Assembly (NCBI GenBank): GCA_964390845.1
Contig: CAYMIL010000001.1
Location: 254,345-290,715, forward strand
Reading direction: 5' to 3'
Length of the DNA: 36,371 nt
Source: an uncultured Candidatus Saccharibacteria bacterium
Lineage (GTDB): Bacteria > Patescibacteriota > Minisyncoccia > Phycocordibacterales > CALRHW01
Both the position numbers and the translations under genes were made by a program. Positions 15,458 through 24,649 of the stretch are shown here, one piece after another; position 1 is the stretch's first letter; each line of letters begins with the position of its first letter. Below the pieces are notes generated by a model. It was not told where the DNA came from. It did not search any database and saw only the letters and a program-made list of their open reading frames with translations.

Positions 15458-17980
15458 TTATTTACCGTGACACTTCTTGTATTTTTTTCCACTACCACAG
15501 GGACAGAGGTCGTTTCTACCTGCAGGAGTACCATCAGCGTTAAGCATCTCTTGCGCTTGAGTAGTAGATGATGGGCGCACAGTACCTGTATCCGCACTCA
15601 CCTGATCACCATCTCCAGAAGCAATGGCTGTCGCGCTCGCGTGAACTTCCCGGAGGTTTTGAGGAGTATCAAAATGCATATTTACCGCAACATTCGGCAA
15701 CAATTTTATAATCTCATCTTCTGTTGCCTGCTCCATTTCTTTAAAGAGTCTCAAACCCTCTTTCTTGTATTCAACCAATGGATCACGTTGACCGTACGCG
15801 CGAAGGTTTACACTTGAACGCATATAATCCATCATTTCCAAATGTTCTACCCAGAACATGTCGATCGCTTGTAATATGAGACGGCGAACAGCGCGTGCAA
15901 ACGATTCATCAGAAATGTGTGCCATCTTTTGCACAAAAATAGCTCGTGTGTCTTCGTCTTCTATTGTTTGAGCGAGTGAAGAAAGATACTCTGTCAGCTC
16001 TTCTGTGGTGCTAAACAAAATCTTTCGGCGACGCTCGTAGACAGTCTTTCGCTGGAAGTTGAGAACATCATCGTATTGGAGCACATGCTTTCGGGCGTCA
16101 AAGTTGAAGCCCTCAATTTTTGTCTGAGCTGTTTCAAGAGATCGTGTGATAAGACCGTTTTCTATCGGCTCGTCTTCGGCAATGCCAAAACGACCCATGA
16201 GGCGCTTGATCGTATCTGATGCAAAAATACGCATCAATGAATCTTCAAGAGAAACAAAAAACTGTGTTTCGCCGGGATCACCCTGACGGCCAGAGCGACC
16301 ACGAAGCTGGTTGTCGATACGACGAGCGTCGTGCCGTTCTGTACCGAGCACAAACAAACCACCAAGTGCTTTGACCGCCTCATACTCCTCAGGTGTTGCT
16401 GGATTGCCTCCAAGCTTAATGTCGACACCACGACCAGCCATGTTGGTTGCGATGGTTACGCCACCACGTTTTCCAGCCTGAGAAATAATCTCTCCCTCCT
16501 TTTCGTGGTTCTTTGCGTTGAGCAACTGATGTGGAACACCTTCACGCTCAAGGTACTTTGCAAGAAGCTCATTTTTTTCAATTGAGACAGTACCCACAAG
16601 GACAGGACGACCCGTACTATGTATTTCTTTAACCTTACGCGCGACAGCCTTAAACTTACCTGCTTCTGTTTGGAAAATTAAATCGTTTTGATCTTTTCGC
16701 TGTGGAGGCTTGTGCGTAGGTACAGCAACGATGGTGAGTCCATATACTTTGTAAAACTCTTCAGAGGATGTCATCGCTGTACCAGTCATGCCTGAAAGTT
16801 TTTTGTAGAGACGGAAATAATTTTGAAATGTAACCGATGCAAACGTGCGTGATTCTTTTTGAATCACCACACCCTCCTTTGCTTCAATCGCCTGATGAAG
16901 ACCTTCCGACCATCTACGACCTGGCTGGAGTCTGCCCGTAAACTCATCAACGATGATTACGTCGCCATCTTTCACGACGTACTCAGAATCACGCGCAAAA
17001 AGCGCCTGTGCGCGCACGGCAGTTTCTAGGTGATGAACATACTTAATGCCCTTGTCTGTGTAGATGTTGTCGATACCAAGTAGTTTTTCAGCAAAACTAA
17101 TACCTTCATCTGTAAGTGGAGCGGCTCGAAGTTTTTCGTCTACAGTATAATGCTTGTCCTTGACCATCTTTGCCGCAATACCCGCAAATGTCTTGTACAA
17201 ATCTTCTGAGTCGCTTGTTGGTGAAGAAATAATAAGTGGTGTGCGTGCCTCATCGATTAAAATCGAATCGATTTCGTCGACAATTGCAAAGTGGTGCTCT
17301 CGTTGACGCAAACGAAGAACATCGTACTCAATGTTGTCACGTAGATAATCGAAACCAAATTCATTGTTGGTGCCGTATGTAATATCGGCAGCGTATGCTT
17401 CGCGACGTGTTACTGGTCGCAAAAATTCGTGCACAACTTTAAACGAACCAACCGCGTCGCGTTCTGCATCAAGCTCAGTGTGGCGCGGATCATAAACATA
17501 TGACGCCTCGTGATTGATAACACCAACAGACAAACCAAGCAGTGAGTAGATTTGTCCCATCCACACGCCGTCGCGACGAGAAAGATAATCATTCACCGTA
17601 ACAACATGCACACCTTTTCCTTCAAGTGCATTCAAATATGCTGGCAATGTTGCCACCAATGTTTTCCCTTCTCCAGTGCGCATTTCAGACACACCACCTT
17701 GGTGCATAATAATGCCACCAATCATTTGTACATCAAAATGCCGTTGTTTAAGTGTGCGCTTTGCCGCCTCACGCACAAGGGCAAACGCTTCTGGAAGCAG
17801 ACTATCGAGCGTCTCACCCTCTGTGAGACGCTTCTTAAATTCTGCGGTTTTCTCTGAAAGTTGCGCGTCACCGAGCACCTCATAGGAAGGCTCGAGAGCA
17901 TTAATCTTTTCGACAGTTGGAAGAAACCGCTTCACTGCGCGGTCATTTGACGAACCAAATATTGAATCAATTAAAAACAT
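15458..17980 (-). CDS. secA: Preprotein translocase ATPase SecA
   Basis: 840 aa. Walker A MRTGEGKTLVATLP. DEIDSILIDEARTPLIIS. TNMAGRGVDIKLGG. C-terminal zinc motif CPCGSGKKYKKCHG. Confidence 0.95.
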   Translation of the reverse strand: MFLIDSIFGSSNDRAVKRFLPTVEKINALEPSYEVLGDAQLSEKTAEFKKRLTEGETLDSLLPEAFALVREAAKRTLKQRHFDVQMIGGIIMHQGGVSEMRTGEGKTLVATLPAYLNALEGKGVHVVTVNDYLSRRDGVWMGQIYSLLGLSVGVINHEASYVYDPRHTELDAERDAVGSFKVVHEFLRPVTRREAYAADITYGTNNEFGFDYLRDNIEYDVLRLRQREHHFAIVDEIDSILIDEARTPLIISSPTSDSEDLYKTFAGIAAKMVKDKHYTVDEKLRAAPLTDEGISFAEKLLGIDNIYTDKGIKYVHHLETAVRAQALFARDSEYVVKDGDVIIVDEFTGRLQPGRRWSEGLHQAIEAKEGVVIQKESRTFASVTFQNYFRLYKKLSGMTGTAMTSSEEFYKVYGLTIVAVPTHKPPQRKDQNDLIFQTEAGKFKAVARKVKEIHSTGRPVLVGTVSIEKNELLAKYLEREGVPHQLLNAKNHEKEGEIISQAGKRGGVTIATNMAGRGVDIKLGGNPATPEEYEAVKALGGLFVLGTERHDARRIDNQLRGRSGRQGDPGETQFFVSLEDSLMRIFASDTIKRLMGRFGIAEDEPIENGLITRSLETAQTKIEGFNFDARKHVLQYDDVLNFQRKTVYERRRKILFSTTEELTEYLSSLAQTIEDEDTRAIFVQKMAHISDESFARAVRRLILQAIDMFWVEHLEMMDYMRSSVNLRAYGQRDPLVEYKKEGLRLFKEMEQATEDEIIKLLPNVAVNMHFDTPQNLREVHASATAIASGDGDQVSADTGTVRPSSTTQAQEMLNADGTPAGRNDLCPCGSGKKYKKCHGK

Positions 17981-17990
17981 ATGTGGGCGT

Positions 17991-17999
17991 ATTGTACCA
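17991..17999 (-). promoter_or_regulatory. Extended -10 element (TGgTACAAT) 10 nt upstream of the secA ATG
   Basis: The reverse complement of 17991-17999 is TGGTACAAT, followed by a 10-nt spacer to ATG 17980. Confidence 0.45.
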
Positions 18000-18015
18000 C
18001 ATCGTCAGACCAAAA

Positions 18016-18051
18016 GAAAAACGAGGACTCATTTCTGAGTACTCGTTTTTC
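18016..18051 (-). terminator. Rho-independent terminator after the small basic ORF
   Basis: Minus strand: GAAAAACGAG-T-ACTCA GAAA TGAGT-C-CTCGTTTTTC, followed by TTTTG. Confidence 0.7.
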
Positions 18052-18067
18052 TGACCTGACAGAAAGA

Positions 18068-18160
18068 CTATCGTCGGCGCTTTGAAGACTTTCGCTTTGT
18101 TGTCTTCTTTGCCTTTTTTGTTGTCTTCTTTTTTGCAGGAGATTTTTTCTTCTTTGCCAT
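18068..18160 (-). CDS. Unannotated 30-aa highly basic small protein
   Basis: Below the track's size cut-off. Hand translation: MAKKKKSPAKKKTTKKAKKTTKRKSSKRRR*, with 18 K/R in 30 residues. Candidate promoter TTGTAC (18200-18195), 18-nt spacer, TTAAAT (18176-18171), then 10 nt to the ATG. A terminator hairpin lies 16 nt past the stop. Confidence 0.45.
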   Translation of the reverse strand: MAKKKKSPAKKKTTKKAKKTTKRKSSKRRR

Positions 18161-18268
18161 GATATTCGGTATTTAAAATTTGTAACGATGTTCCGTACAA
18201 CGACCATTTTTATGACGGAACGCTCACGTATCTAATTATGAGGCAGATAATTTTCAAACACAATAAAT

Positions 18269-19324
18269 TTATGCGCGCACATGTGGATAACTATGCTCAC
18301 CAATCATCACAACTTCTGGAACAAGATCGATGTGTGTATTTTTTTTCACACACAATTGCATCGCGTGCGCGAGTGACATAATATCTTTTGCTGTTGCATT
18401 GCCATAATTTACCAACACGAGTGACTGACGTTCGTGCACACCTGCATCACCGACACGCACACCTTTGTATCCGCACACAACATCAAGCAGCCAGGCTGCA
18501 GAAATTTTTTTCTTACCCTCTGGCGCATCATGCGCAACAACAGTAGGAAATGTGGCACGAACACGCTCGTATTCATCAAAAGACACAACTGGATTTTTAA
18601 AAAAAGAACCAGCAGTGCCACAAACAGAAAGATCTGGAAGTTTGTTGCGGCGAATATCCACAACTGCACGGCGCACATCTGCGATAGTTGGTGTCACAAT
18701 GCCTCGCACACCACACCATGCACGCACGTCTGCATATGAGCTATCTGGTGCAACATCCCGACGCAACACGCAGGCAACACGCAGTACAATATACTGTGCA
18801 CCCTCTGGTTTTTTAAAGAGACTCATTCGATAGGACAGCTGGCATTCATCTGCAGAAAGTCGGCGCTCTGTGCATGTGCGCGTATCAAGCACATCAACCC
18901 ACGCAAGAACATCTTTGATTTCTCGACCATACGCGCCGATATTTTGCACAGGCGCCGCGCCAACAGTCCCCGGAATCGCAGATAGATTTTCAAATCCAGA
19001 CAAACCACGCTCAACAGACTGCTCTACAACAGTATCCCAGTGCTCTCCCGCAGACATCACACACTCTACAACACCTTCTCCACGCTCATTCCAAGAAACA
19101 CCACGAAGCTTGCAACAAATCACGACGCCATTAAACCCACTGTCAGCAACAAGAATATTTGAACCTTCACCAAGCACCATCCACGGAATACGTTCTTCAC
19201 GAGCGAGATTGATAGCAGATATGATATCTTCGGTCGAAGTTGCGACAACAAAATATCGGCATGGTCCGCCGATCTTAAATGTTGTATGGGAAGAGAGTAA
19301 AACGTCGCGCTGTATGTGCATGAT
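18269..19324 (-). CDS. murB: UDP-N-acetylenolpyruvoylglucosamine reductase
   Basis: The track ORF starts at TTG 19366. The first ATG is at 19324 (MHIQRDVLLSSHTTFKIGGP...), and the TTG start remains possible. SHTTFKIGGP, GEGSNILV and the C-terminal GSFFKNP...AAWLLD are MurB hallmarks. Confidence 0.85.
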   Translation of the reverse strand: MMHIQRDVLLSSHTTFKIGGPCRYFVVATSTEDIISAINLAREERIPWMVLGEGSNILVADSGFNGVVICCKLRGVSWNERGEGVVECVMSAGEHWDTVVEQSVERGLSGFENLSAIPGTVGAAPVQNIGAYGREIKDVLAWVDVLDTRTCTERRLSADECQLSYRMSLFKKPEGAQYIVLRVACVLRRDVAPDSSYADVRAWCGVRGIVTPTIADVRRAVVDIRRNKLPDLSVCGTAGSFFKNPVVSFDEYERVRATFPTVVAHDAPEGKKKISAAWLLDVVCGYKGVRVGDAGVHERQSLVLVNYGNATAKDIMSLAHAMQLCVKKNTHIDLVPEVVMIGEHSYPHVRA

Positions 19325-19457
19325 ACAGCGGTTGCGTCGAATCGCGGTCGGCGGTGCAAACTCCAAAACAAATGTCTATGTATATGTGAGCGCTGTCGCC
19401 GACCACGGCTCAACACAACCGCTCTCTTATTATAGCCCTGTCTATAAAAACGCAAAA

Positions 19458-19474
19458 CCCCGCACGAGGCGGGG
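19458..19474 (-). terminator. Rho-independent terminator after the O-antigen-ligase-like gene
   Basis: Minus strand: CCCCGC-ctcgt-GCGGGG, followed by TTTTGCGTTTTTA. A perfect TATAAT (reverse complement of 19429-19434) lies just downstream and is a candidate murB promoter. Confidence 0.6.
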
Positions 19475-19562
19475 CCTTACGCAGACATTCGTTGTTTTGG
19501 CGAAAGCACATGCTTACGCTCACAATCGGAACATTAGCAGATTAGAAAGAAAAAGTCAAGCG

Positions 19563-21770
19563 CTATTTTTTTGTTGGATTCCTTCCTGCGCGAATTTCAC
19601 TAATAAGATAGTCGCCCTGCGCTGTATACTTTGCCGGATCGAGCTTCACAAAATCCTGAATTGCCCCAATAGACGCCTCACGCTGACCTGCCTCAAGGTA
19701 CCCCGCAGCAAGTGAGAGTCGCAATTGTGGATTTTGCGGATCAGCACTGACCCGATTCTTGAGAATCTCAATGACTCGAGGATACTGCTTTGCAAACATA
19801 TACGCATTAAGAATTCTGTTGTCCGTTGTCATTACTTGTTCACTGATCCCATCTTTTAGACTGTCAGCAAGTTGCATATTATTAATTGCAATAGCAACTA
19901 TAAAATACTTCACCCGAGCTTCTTCAAACGATGGCGCAAGATCAAACGCTTTTTTTGCAATCTCAAGCGCGGACTTCATGTCGCCTTTTGCAAGATAAGC
20001 ACTCACCATCTCAAAATATATTGTCTGTTTGTTTGGACTCAGCTCAAGTGCTTTATTGAAATTGCTCATCGCTTCATCAAACGCACCGTACCGAGCAAGA
20101 ACGCTCCCCAAGAACAAATGATGTCGCGCATCGGGTGTCTGGTTTTCTGCGACCTGCTTTTTCATCTCAGAAGCAGCAAGATTGAATATTTTTTCTCGAA
20201 GTTCGATAGGTACCGTGGCGTCATCAGCGATACGTTGCGCAAAAAACACAAGTTGTTCGCGTGTTTCAGCAATACCCACGGTGTTATATGACAACGCCTT
20301 CTGGTATGCATCAAAACTTCTCTGAGCATCATACTGTCCACTTGGAAGCGGCGTCAGCGCGTCTATCAACGACATGTTTGCTTGAGCCGGACGGATAACA
20401 CCCGCGTACATAACCACACACATTACAACAAGCACAATCGGCGCAATAATTGTCTGCACCGTTGTCTCTCGAGGTTTGTATGACGCAAGAAACACACGAG
20501 CAGTGGCTGGTGTTTGTATTGCATAGACATATGCAAGCACAGAAACCAAAATCATATAGCTCGTAAGATTGTCAAACACAAACAGGTTTTGAAAAAAATG
20601 AGCGGCGAGCAAGCCTGTAAGAATTCCCCTATCCGCCACAGACAACTTTCCTGTCGTGCGCCAGATCATGTAGAGTGCCGCAATATACAAACTCAAGTAC
20701 GAGAGAAGTCCGAGTGCACCACCCGCTATAAGCCAGTCGAGTACTACGTTGTGCGTACGGTCAAACCACTGCTCCTGACCATACATGCCAGGGTCATAAT
20801 GCTCATTAAATACATAATTAAAATTCTCTTGACCCCAGCCAAGAATCGGATGCTCAGTAAAACCCTTTACTGCCATTGCCCACACATAGTATCGACCCTG
20901 ACTCTGCAAAAACTGCTTATTGAGAGAAATCTCTGAGAGGCGCTTGAGTGTGTCCTGTGATTGCACGAACGATGTTGTGCGTATCGAATAAAAACCAACA
21001 ACCGCAAGTGCAACGAGGACAAGGCCAGAAATTGCGACCATGCGAATCTTTTTGTGCTGACGCTCACCTATTGCAACAACAAGAGAGGCCACACCCAAAC
21101 CGCCGATAAGACCAAGTATCGCTCCTCGAGTCTGTGTGAAATACAGTATGTACATCTGCACAAAGAGTGCGATGGCATACATAACACGTTGTGCGTTTTT
21201 TTGTGAACGCACCAAAAAGAAAAGCGCTACAAAAATATGGAGTAAGAGATAGGCCGCAAAGTATGCCGCGTTGCCAAATGTTCCATCAATACGCGTTGAG
21301 CTCTGGTAAATCTCACTGCCTCCGTACAACTGCGGAAGAGCTCGAAACACACATAGTGCAATACTCACAGCAAGAGACGATTTGAAAAAGCTGTTCCACA
21401 TCTTCTCTGTCGTAAACATTGTTCCAAGCACCAAAAAATATGCAAAGAGATGAAACAGCAGGAAGAGACCCTCCATGCGTTCAAAATTGCTCCAGAAGCT
21501 TTTGTATACGTTTGCTCCAAAAAAGTCCGCGAGTGTCATCACAGCAATAAACCCAGCGAAGGCATACAACATGTATGACAATTTTGGACGATACCGCGCA
21601 TCAAGAAGCATCAAAACAATCCATGCGCTGAAAATAATTTCAACCACAATTCTGAAGAAAAAAGCCTTCCCTGTGATAAATGGAAAGAAGAAATCATTGA
21701 GAATAACAAAGGGTGCTAATAGGGTTGAAAACAAGCCCGCAATAATCAGTCTTCGGAGAAACGTGGTCAT
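19563..21770 (-). CDS. O-antigen ligase (Wzy_C)-like polytopic membrane protein with C-terminal TPR repeats
   Basis: 735 aa. About 12 TM helices with a large loop (TQTRGAILGL...). The C-terminal ~270 aa show repeated A-x-x-x-Y/F-x-x-A-L-x-x-x-P TPR-like periodicity. Confidence 0.7.
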   Translation of the reverse strand: MTTFLRRLIIAGLFSTLLAPFVILNDFFFPFITGKAFFFRIVVEIIFSAWIVLMLLDARYRPKLSYMLYAFAGFIAVMTLADFFGANVYKSFWSNFERMEGLFLLFHLFAYFLVLGTMFTTEKMWNSFFKSSLAVSIALCVFRALPQLYGGSEIYQSSTRIDGTFGNAAYFAAYLLLHIFVALFFLVRSQKNAQRVMYAIALFVQMYILYFTQTRGAILGLIGGLGVASLVVAIGERQHKKIRMVAISGLVLVALAVVGFYSIRTTSFVQSQDTLKRLSEISLNKQFLQSQGRYYVWAMAVKGFTEHPILGWGQENFNYVFNEHYDPGMYGQEQWFDRTHNVVLDWLIAGGALGLLSYLSLYIAALYMIWRTTGKLSVADRGILTGLLAAHFFQNLFVFDNLTSYMILVSVLAYVYAIQTPATARVFLASYKPRETTVQTIIAPIVLVVMCVVMYAGVIRPAQANMSLIDALTPLPSGQYDAQRSFDAYQKALSYNTVGIAETREQLVFFAQRIADDATVPIELREKIFNLAASEMKKQVAENQTPDARHHLFLGSVLARYGAFDEAMSNFNKALELSPNKQTIYFEMVSAYLAKGDMKSALEIAKKAFDLAPSFEEARVKYFIVAIAINNMQLADSLKDGISEQVMTTDNRILNAYMFAKQYPRVIEILKNRVSADPQNPQLRLSLAAGYLEAGQREASIGAIQDFVKLDPAKYTAQGDYLISEIRAGRNPTKK

Positions 21771-21799
21771 AATGATAGGGATTATCGGATATGCCTACC

Positions 21800-21828
21800 A
21801 CTATAACGCAGAGAGGGGGTATTTTCAA
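21800..21828 (-). promoter_or_regulatory. Sigma-70-type promoter for 19563..21770
   Basis: Minus strand: TTGAAA (21828-21823), 17-nt spacer, TATAGT (21805-21800). A 29-nt leader without any SD-like purine run follows, up to ATG 21770. Confidence 0.55.
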
Positions 21829-21841
21829 CGCAGAAGAAACG

Positions 21842-22456
21842 TTACTTTTTCCTCAATACAAAGAAATGGTGGTATTGGTTTTCAAAAGGCACGAAGTCTT
21901 TCTCTAGTACAAAATGCTTAGCAAGAATACCCTTAATCTTTGAAAGTGGATATCCCCTTTTACCTATCTCCCAATAGTGTTCTCCATTAAATATATGCTG
22001 TATCGGGAATGGCACCTTTATTGCAAACACAAACTCGCGCATAAACGGTACCTTAAAAGAAATCTTTATTGGTGGACCAAAATGCGGAAGACTGATAAGT
22101 ACATACCGTTTTGCCACACGAGCCATCTCAAGTACATTTTTTTCAAACAGTTCAAAGGGCATGTGCTCCAACACTTCAAATGCACACACAACATCAAAAC
22201 TCTCATCCGGCACAGGCATTGCGTCAACCGAACCAAGAATATCTGGCTTCAGATCTTCTGCGACATCAAGATTTGTATACGCTATATCGGTATTATGTTG
22301 AATATATTGCTTCACAACACCATCACCAGTGCCGACCTCGAGAACAGACCGCGGATTGGTTTGCACAATTTCCCTAATTTGATAATAATAGCTCGCCCAC
22401 CTGTCTGGGTAGCAATATTTTTCAAATGCATAATGCGCTTTATCAACCTGTTTCAT
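21842..22456 (-). CDS. Class I SAM-dependent methyltransferase
   Basis: 204 aa. Motif I VLEVGTGDG. Acidic loop NLDV. Post-I/II VVCAFEVLEHM. Confidence 0.75.
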   Translation of the reverse strand: MKQVDKAHYAFEKYCYPDRWASYYYQIREIVQTNPRSVLEVGTGDGVVKQYIQHNTDIAYTNLDVAEDLKPDILGSVDAMPVPDESFDVVCAFEVLEHMPFELFEKNVLEMARVAKRYVLISLPHFGPPIKISFKVPFMREFVFAIKVPFPIQHIFNGEHYWEIGKRGYPLSKIKGILAKHFVLEKDFVPFENQYHHFFVLRKK

Positions 22457-22466
22457 ATATTCGCTA

Positions 22467-23510
22467 TCAACGTAATAGTTTAATAAGCTTGTCTATTAGT
22501 GTATCAAGAGAATGCTCTTTAATCACAAAATTCCTGAGATCTGCGCCAATGGTACTCCACTGGTCTCGTTGGGTAGACACCCGCTCTAAAACACGAGCAA
22601 CATCCTGCGCATCCTGCGGACGAACAACAAGACCATGTGGCGCTAATGCGCTCGCAAAACCTTCGTTGGGACTCATGACCAACATTCCACAAGACATTGC
22701 CTCAAGCACCGCCTTATCAAAACTTCCTGTCTCACACATACTCAAAAATATATCGTACGCCACCAAACGTTCGGGCAATACATAATTGGAAAGGCTTCCC
22801 ACAAACGTAACGTGTGACTCCAGCCCATGCTCAGCGACAAGCGCTCTCAACGCTCGGCCATACACTACATCATCGTGCCCTATCGTACCCCCAATAATGT
22901 CGAGGTGCACAGAAACACCTTTCTGTATCAAAACACCAATTGCCTCTATCATAGAATCCAGATGTTTTATGGGTGAGATTCTGCCCACTGTTACCACGCG
23001 AAGTGTGTCACGGGCCGACCCATGAGCTTCTGCTGGCACAAATGTGCGCGTATCAATACCATGTCCCACAACACGTACTTTTGGAGAAGCAATTCTGAAC
23101 GCTCCAGATGACGATGTGCACACAACATGCACGATTCGTTCAGCGATTCTTAATGACCATGACACCATCCTGTGGACATACCACAATACAATCCTTTTCT
23201 TAAGCATACGCCACAACAGACCTCCAAGTAACACATAGATATGATTCATGTGCACAAACACCGCATCATACCGTGCTCGGTATTTCCAAATATATGTATA
23301 AAAGTTTTTTATATAGGCCACACGAGAAAGTCCAAGCTCTTTGCCAAGCGACAGCACCTCTACGTTGCTTGGCAATGTATAGTTTCCTTTATACAGACAA
23401 ATTACCGTGACGCGTTCGCATCGTGTTGCATATTCTTCAATCCATCGATGAAAAAACCCGAGAATTGGATCATCTCTATCAACTTTTTGTGTAACAATTA
23501 ATATGTTCAT
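22467..23510 (-). CDS. Glycosyltransferase, GT4-like (GT-B fold)
   Basis: Start set to ATG 23510 (MNILIVTQKVD), which overlaps the upstream stop as ATGA. C-terminal half: RISPIKHLD...FLSMCETGSFDKAVLEAMSCGMLV (E-x7-E-type motif). Confidence 0.7.
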   Translation of the reverse strand: MNILIVTQKVDRDDPILGFFHRWIEEYATRCERVTVICLYKGNYTLPSNVEVLSLGKELGLSRVAYIKNFYTYIWKYRARYDAVFVHMNHIYVLLGGLLWRMLKKRIVLWYVHRMVSWSLRIAERIVHVVCTSSSGAFRIASPKVRVVGHGIDTRTFVPAEAHGSARDTLRVVTVGRISPIKHLDSMIEAIGVLIQKGVSVHLDIIGGTIGHDDVVYGRALRALVAEHGLESHVTFVGSLSNYVLPERLVAYDIFLSMCETGSFDKAVLEAMSCGMLVMSPNEGFASALAPHGLVVRPQDAQDVARVLERVSTQRDQWSTIGADLRNFVIKEHSLDTLIDKLIKLLR

Positions 23511-24649
23511 TGTGTAGCTGTTACTACCGCAGACCAACATTCTCCCAGTGTTTGTATATATGCATCCTTACTGAGAATTTTTTGAGACAGTGTCTGGCGC
23601 ATATGCGCTACCATCTCTTCTCGTATTTCTGGACGCTCAAAAAGTGTCATGATTGCATGAGCACATGCCGATGTGTCACCGTGCGCGCACACATATGCAT
23701 CCTTTTCATGCGTAAGTTCGTACGCAATTCCAACCGGCACCGTCACCACAGGCGTACCCGCAAGCCCTGCTTCCACAAGCGCCATACCATATCCCTCAAC
23801 ATGCGACGTCTGCAAAAACACATCCGACACTTTTACTATCGACACTGGTTGTGCATGCCATCCGAGAAACACGACGCGCGACACAAGACCCCGTTTCTGC
23901 ACGAGACGCTTCAATGCACCCTCCTCCTTACCAGAACCAACAACCACAAGACCGGCATCGGGATAGGTTGCGCACACAAGCGAGAGTACCTCTATCGCCT
24001 GCTTCACATTTTTCTCTGGCATCAAACGTGCCACACAGACAATCACATGACTCCATCCTAGTTGCTTTCTAAACTCACGATCTGGAGGTGCACCACGAAC
24101 CACCTCGGTATCTATATACACTGGAAGGACGTGAATCTTCTCACCAGACACACGGAACTTTTTTTCTACAGTATCTTTGAGAAACTCACATACAACGCGG
24201 ACGCAACGCGCATGAGCAAACACAAAGTGCGCAATAACAGAACGCATCAGAGATAATAGGGATTTTCTTTGAAAAAATGTTGGATCAGTATGCACCTGCA
24301 CCTCGAGAGGTAATCCTGTACTCCTGTGCACCAAAAGTCCCGCAAGCCCACACTCGAATGGGTCTTGAACAGTGACGAGTGCAGGAAGTGCATGCTTTCT
24401 TTCGCGCGCGATGCGACGTGCAATGCGAAATGCATCGTAGACATACAACCATCGAGAAAGAGAGTACGTCGGGTATACCCACACGTTGGGTGCAATGCGC
24501 ACACGATCTTTCCCATAGGAACGAAGCGCGCACACTACAATGTGTATCTCCTCGGCAGCAAAACCATACGTCGCTATTCGGCGCGCGACAGCGCTTCCTT
24601 CTTCAAGCAACTTTCGGTCTGTTCCTATGCTAATAACAAGTGGTTTCAT
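23507..24649 (-). CDS. Glycosyltransferase, GT4-like
   Basis: 380 aa. ARLMPEKNV...FLQTSHVEGYGMALVEAGLAGTPVV is the GT4 E-x7-E region. It has an ATGA overlap with both neighbouring genes. Confidence 0.7.
   Translation of the reverse strand: MKPLVISIGTDRKLLEEGSAVARRIATYGFAAEEIHIVVCALRSYGKDRVRIAPNVWVYPTYSLSRWLYVYDAFRIARRIARERKHALPALVTVQDPFECGLAGLLVHRSTGLPLEVQVHTDPTFFQRKSLLSLMRSVIAHFVFAHARCVRVVCEFLKDTVEKKFRVSGEKIHVLPVYIDTEVVRGAPPDREFRKQLGWSHVIVCVARLMPEKNVKQAIEVLSLVCATYPDAGLVVVGSGKEEGALKRLVQKRGLVSRVVFLGWHAQPVSIVKVSDVFLQTSHVEGYGMALVEAGLAGTPVVTVPVGIAYELTHEKDAYVCAHGDTSACAHAIMTLFERPEIREEMVAHMRQTLSQKILSKDAYIQTLGECWSAVVTATQ

Noticed and set aside
17967-18207. Two overlapping 77- and 78-aa minus-strand track ORFs in the secA-murB spacer.
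   Set aside because: They are alternative frames of the Lys-codon-rich stretch. They read through the strong terminator hairpin at 18016-18051 and into the secA promoter or start. The 30-codon frame bounded by a promoter and the terminator is the better model.
18870-19715. Plus-strand 281-aa ORF.
   Set aside because: It is antisense to murB and crosses the murB promoter/terminator spacer into the next gene. It has low-complexity Ser/Thr/Pro/Arg composition typical of shadow ORFs.
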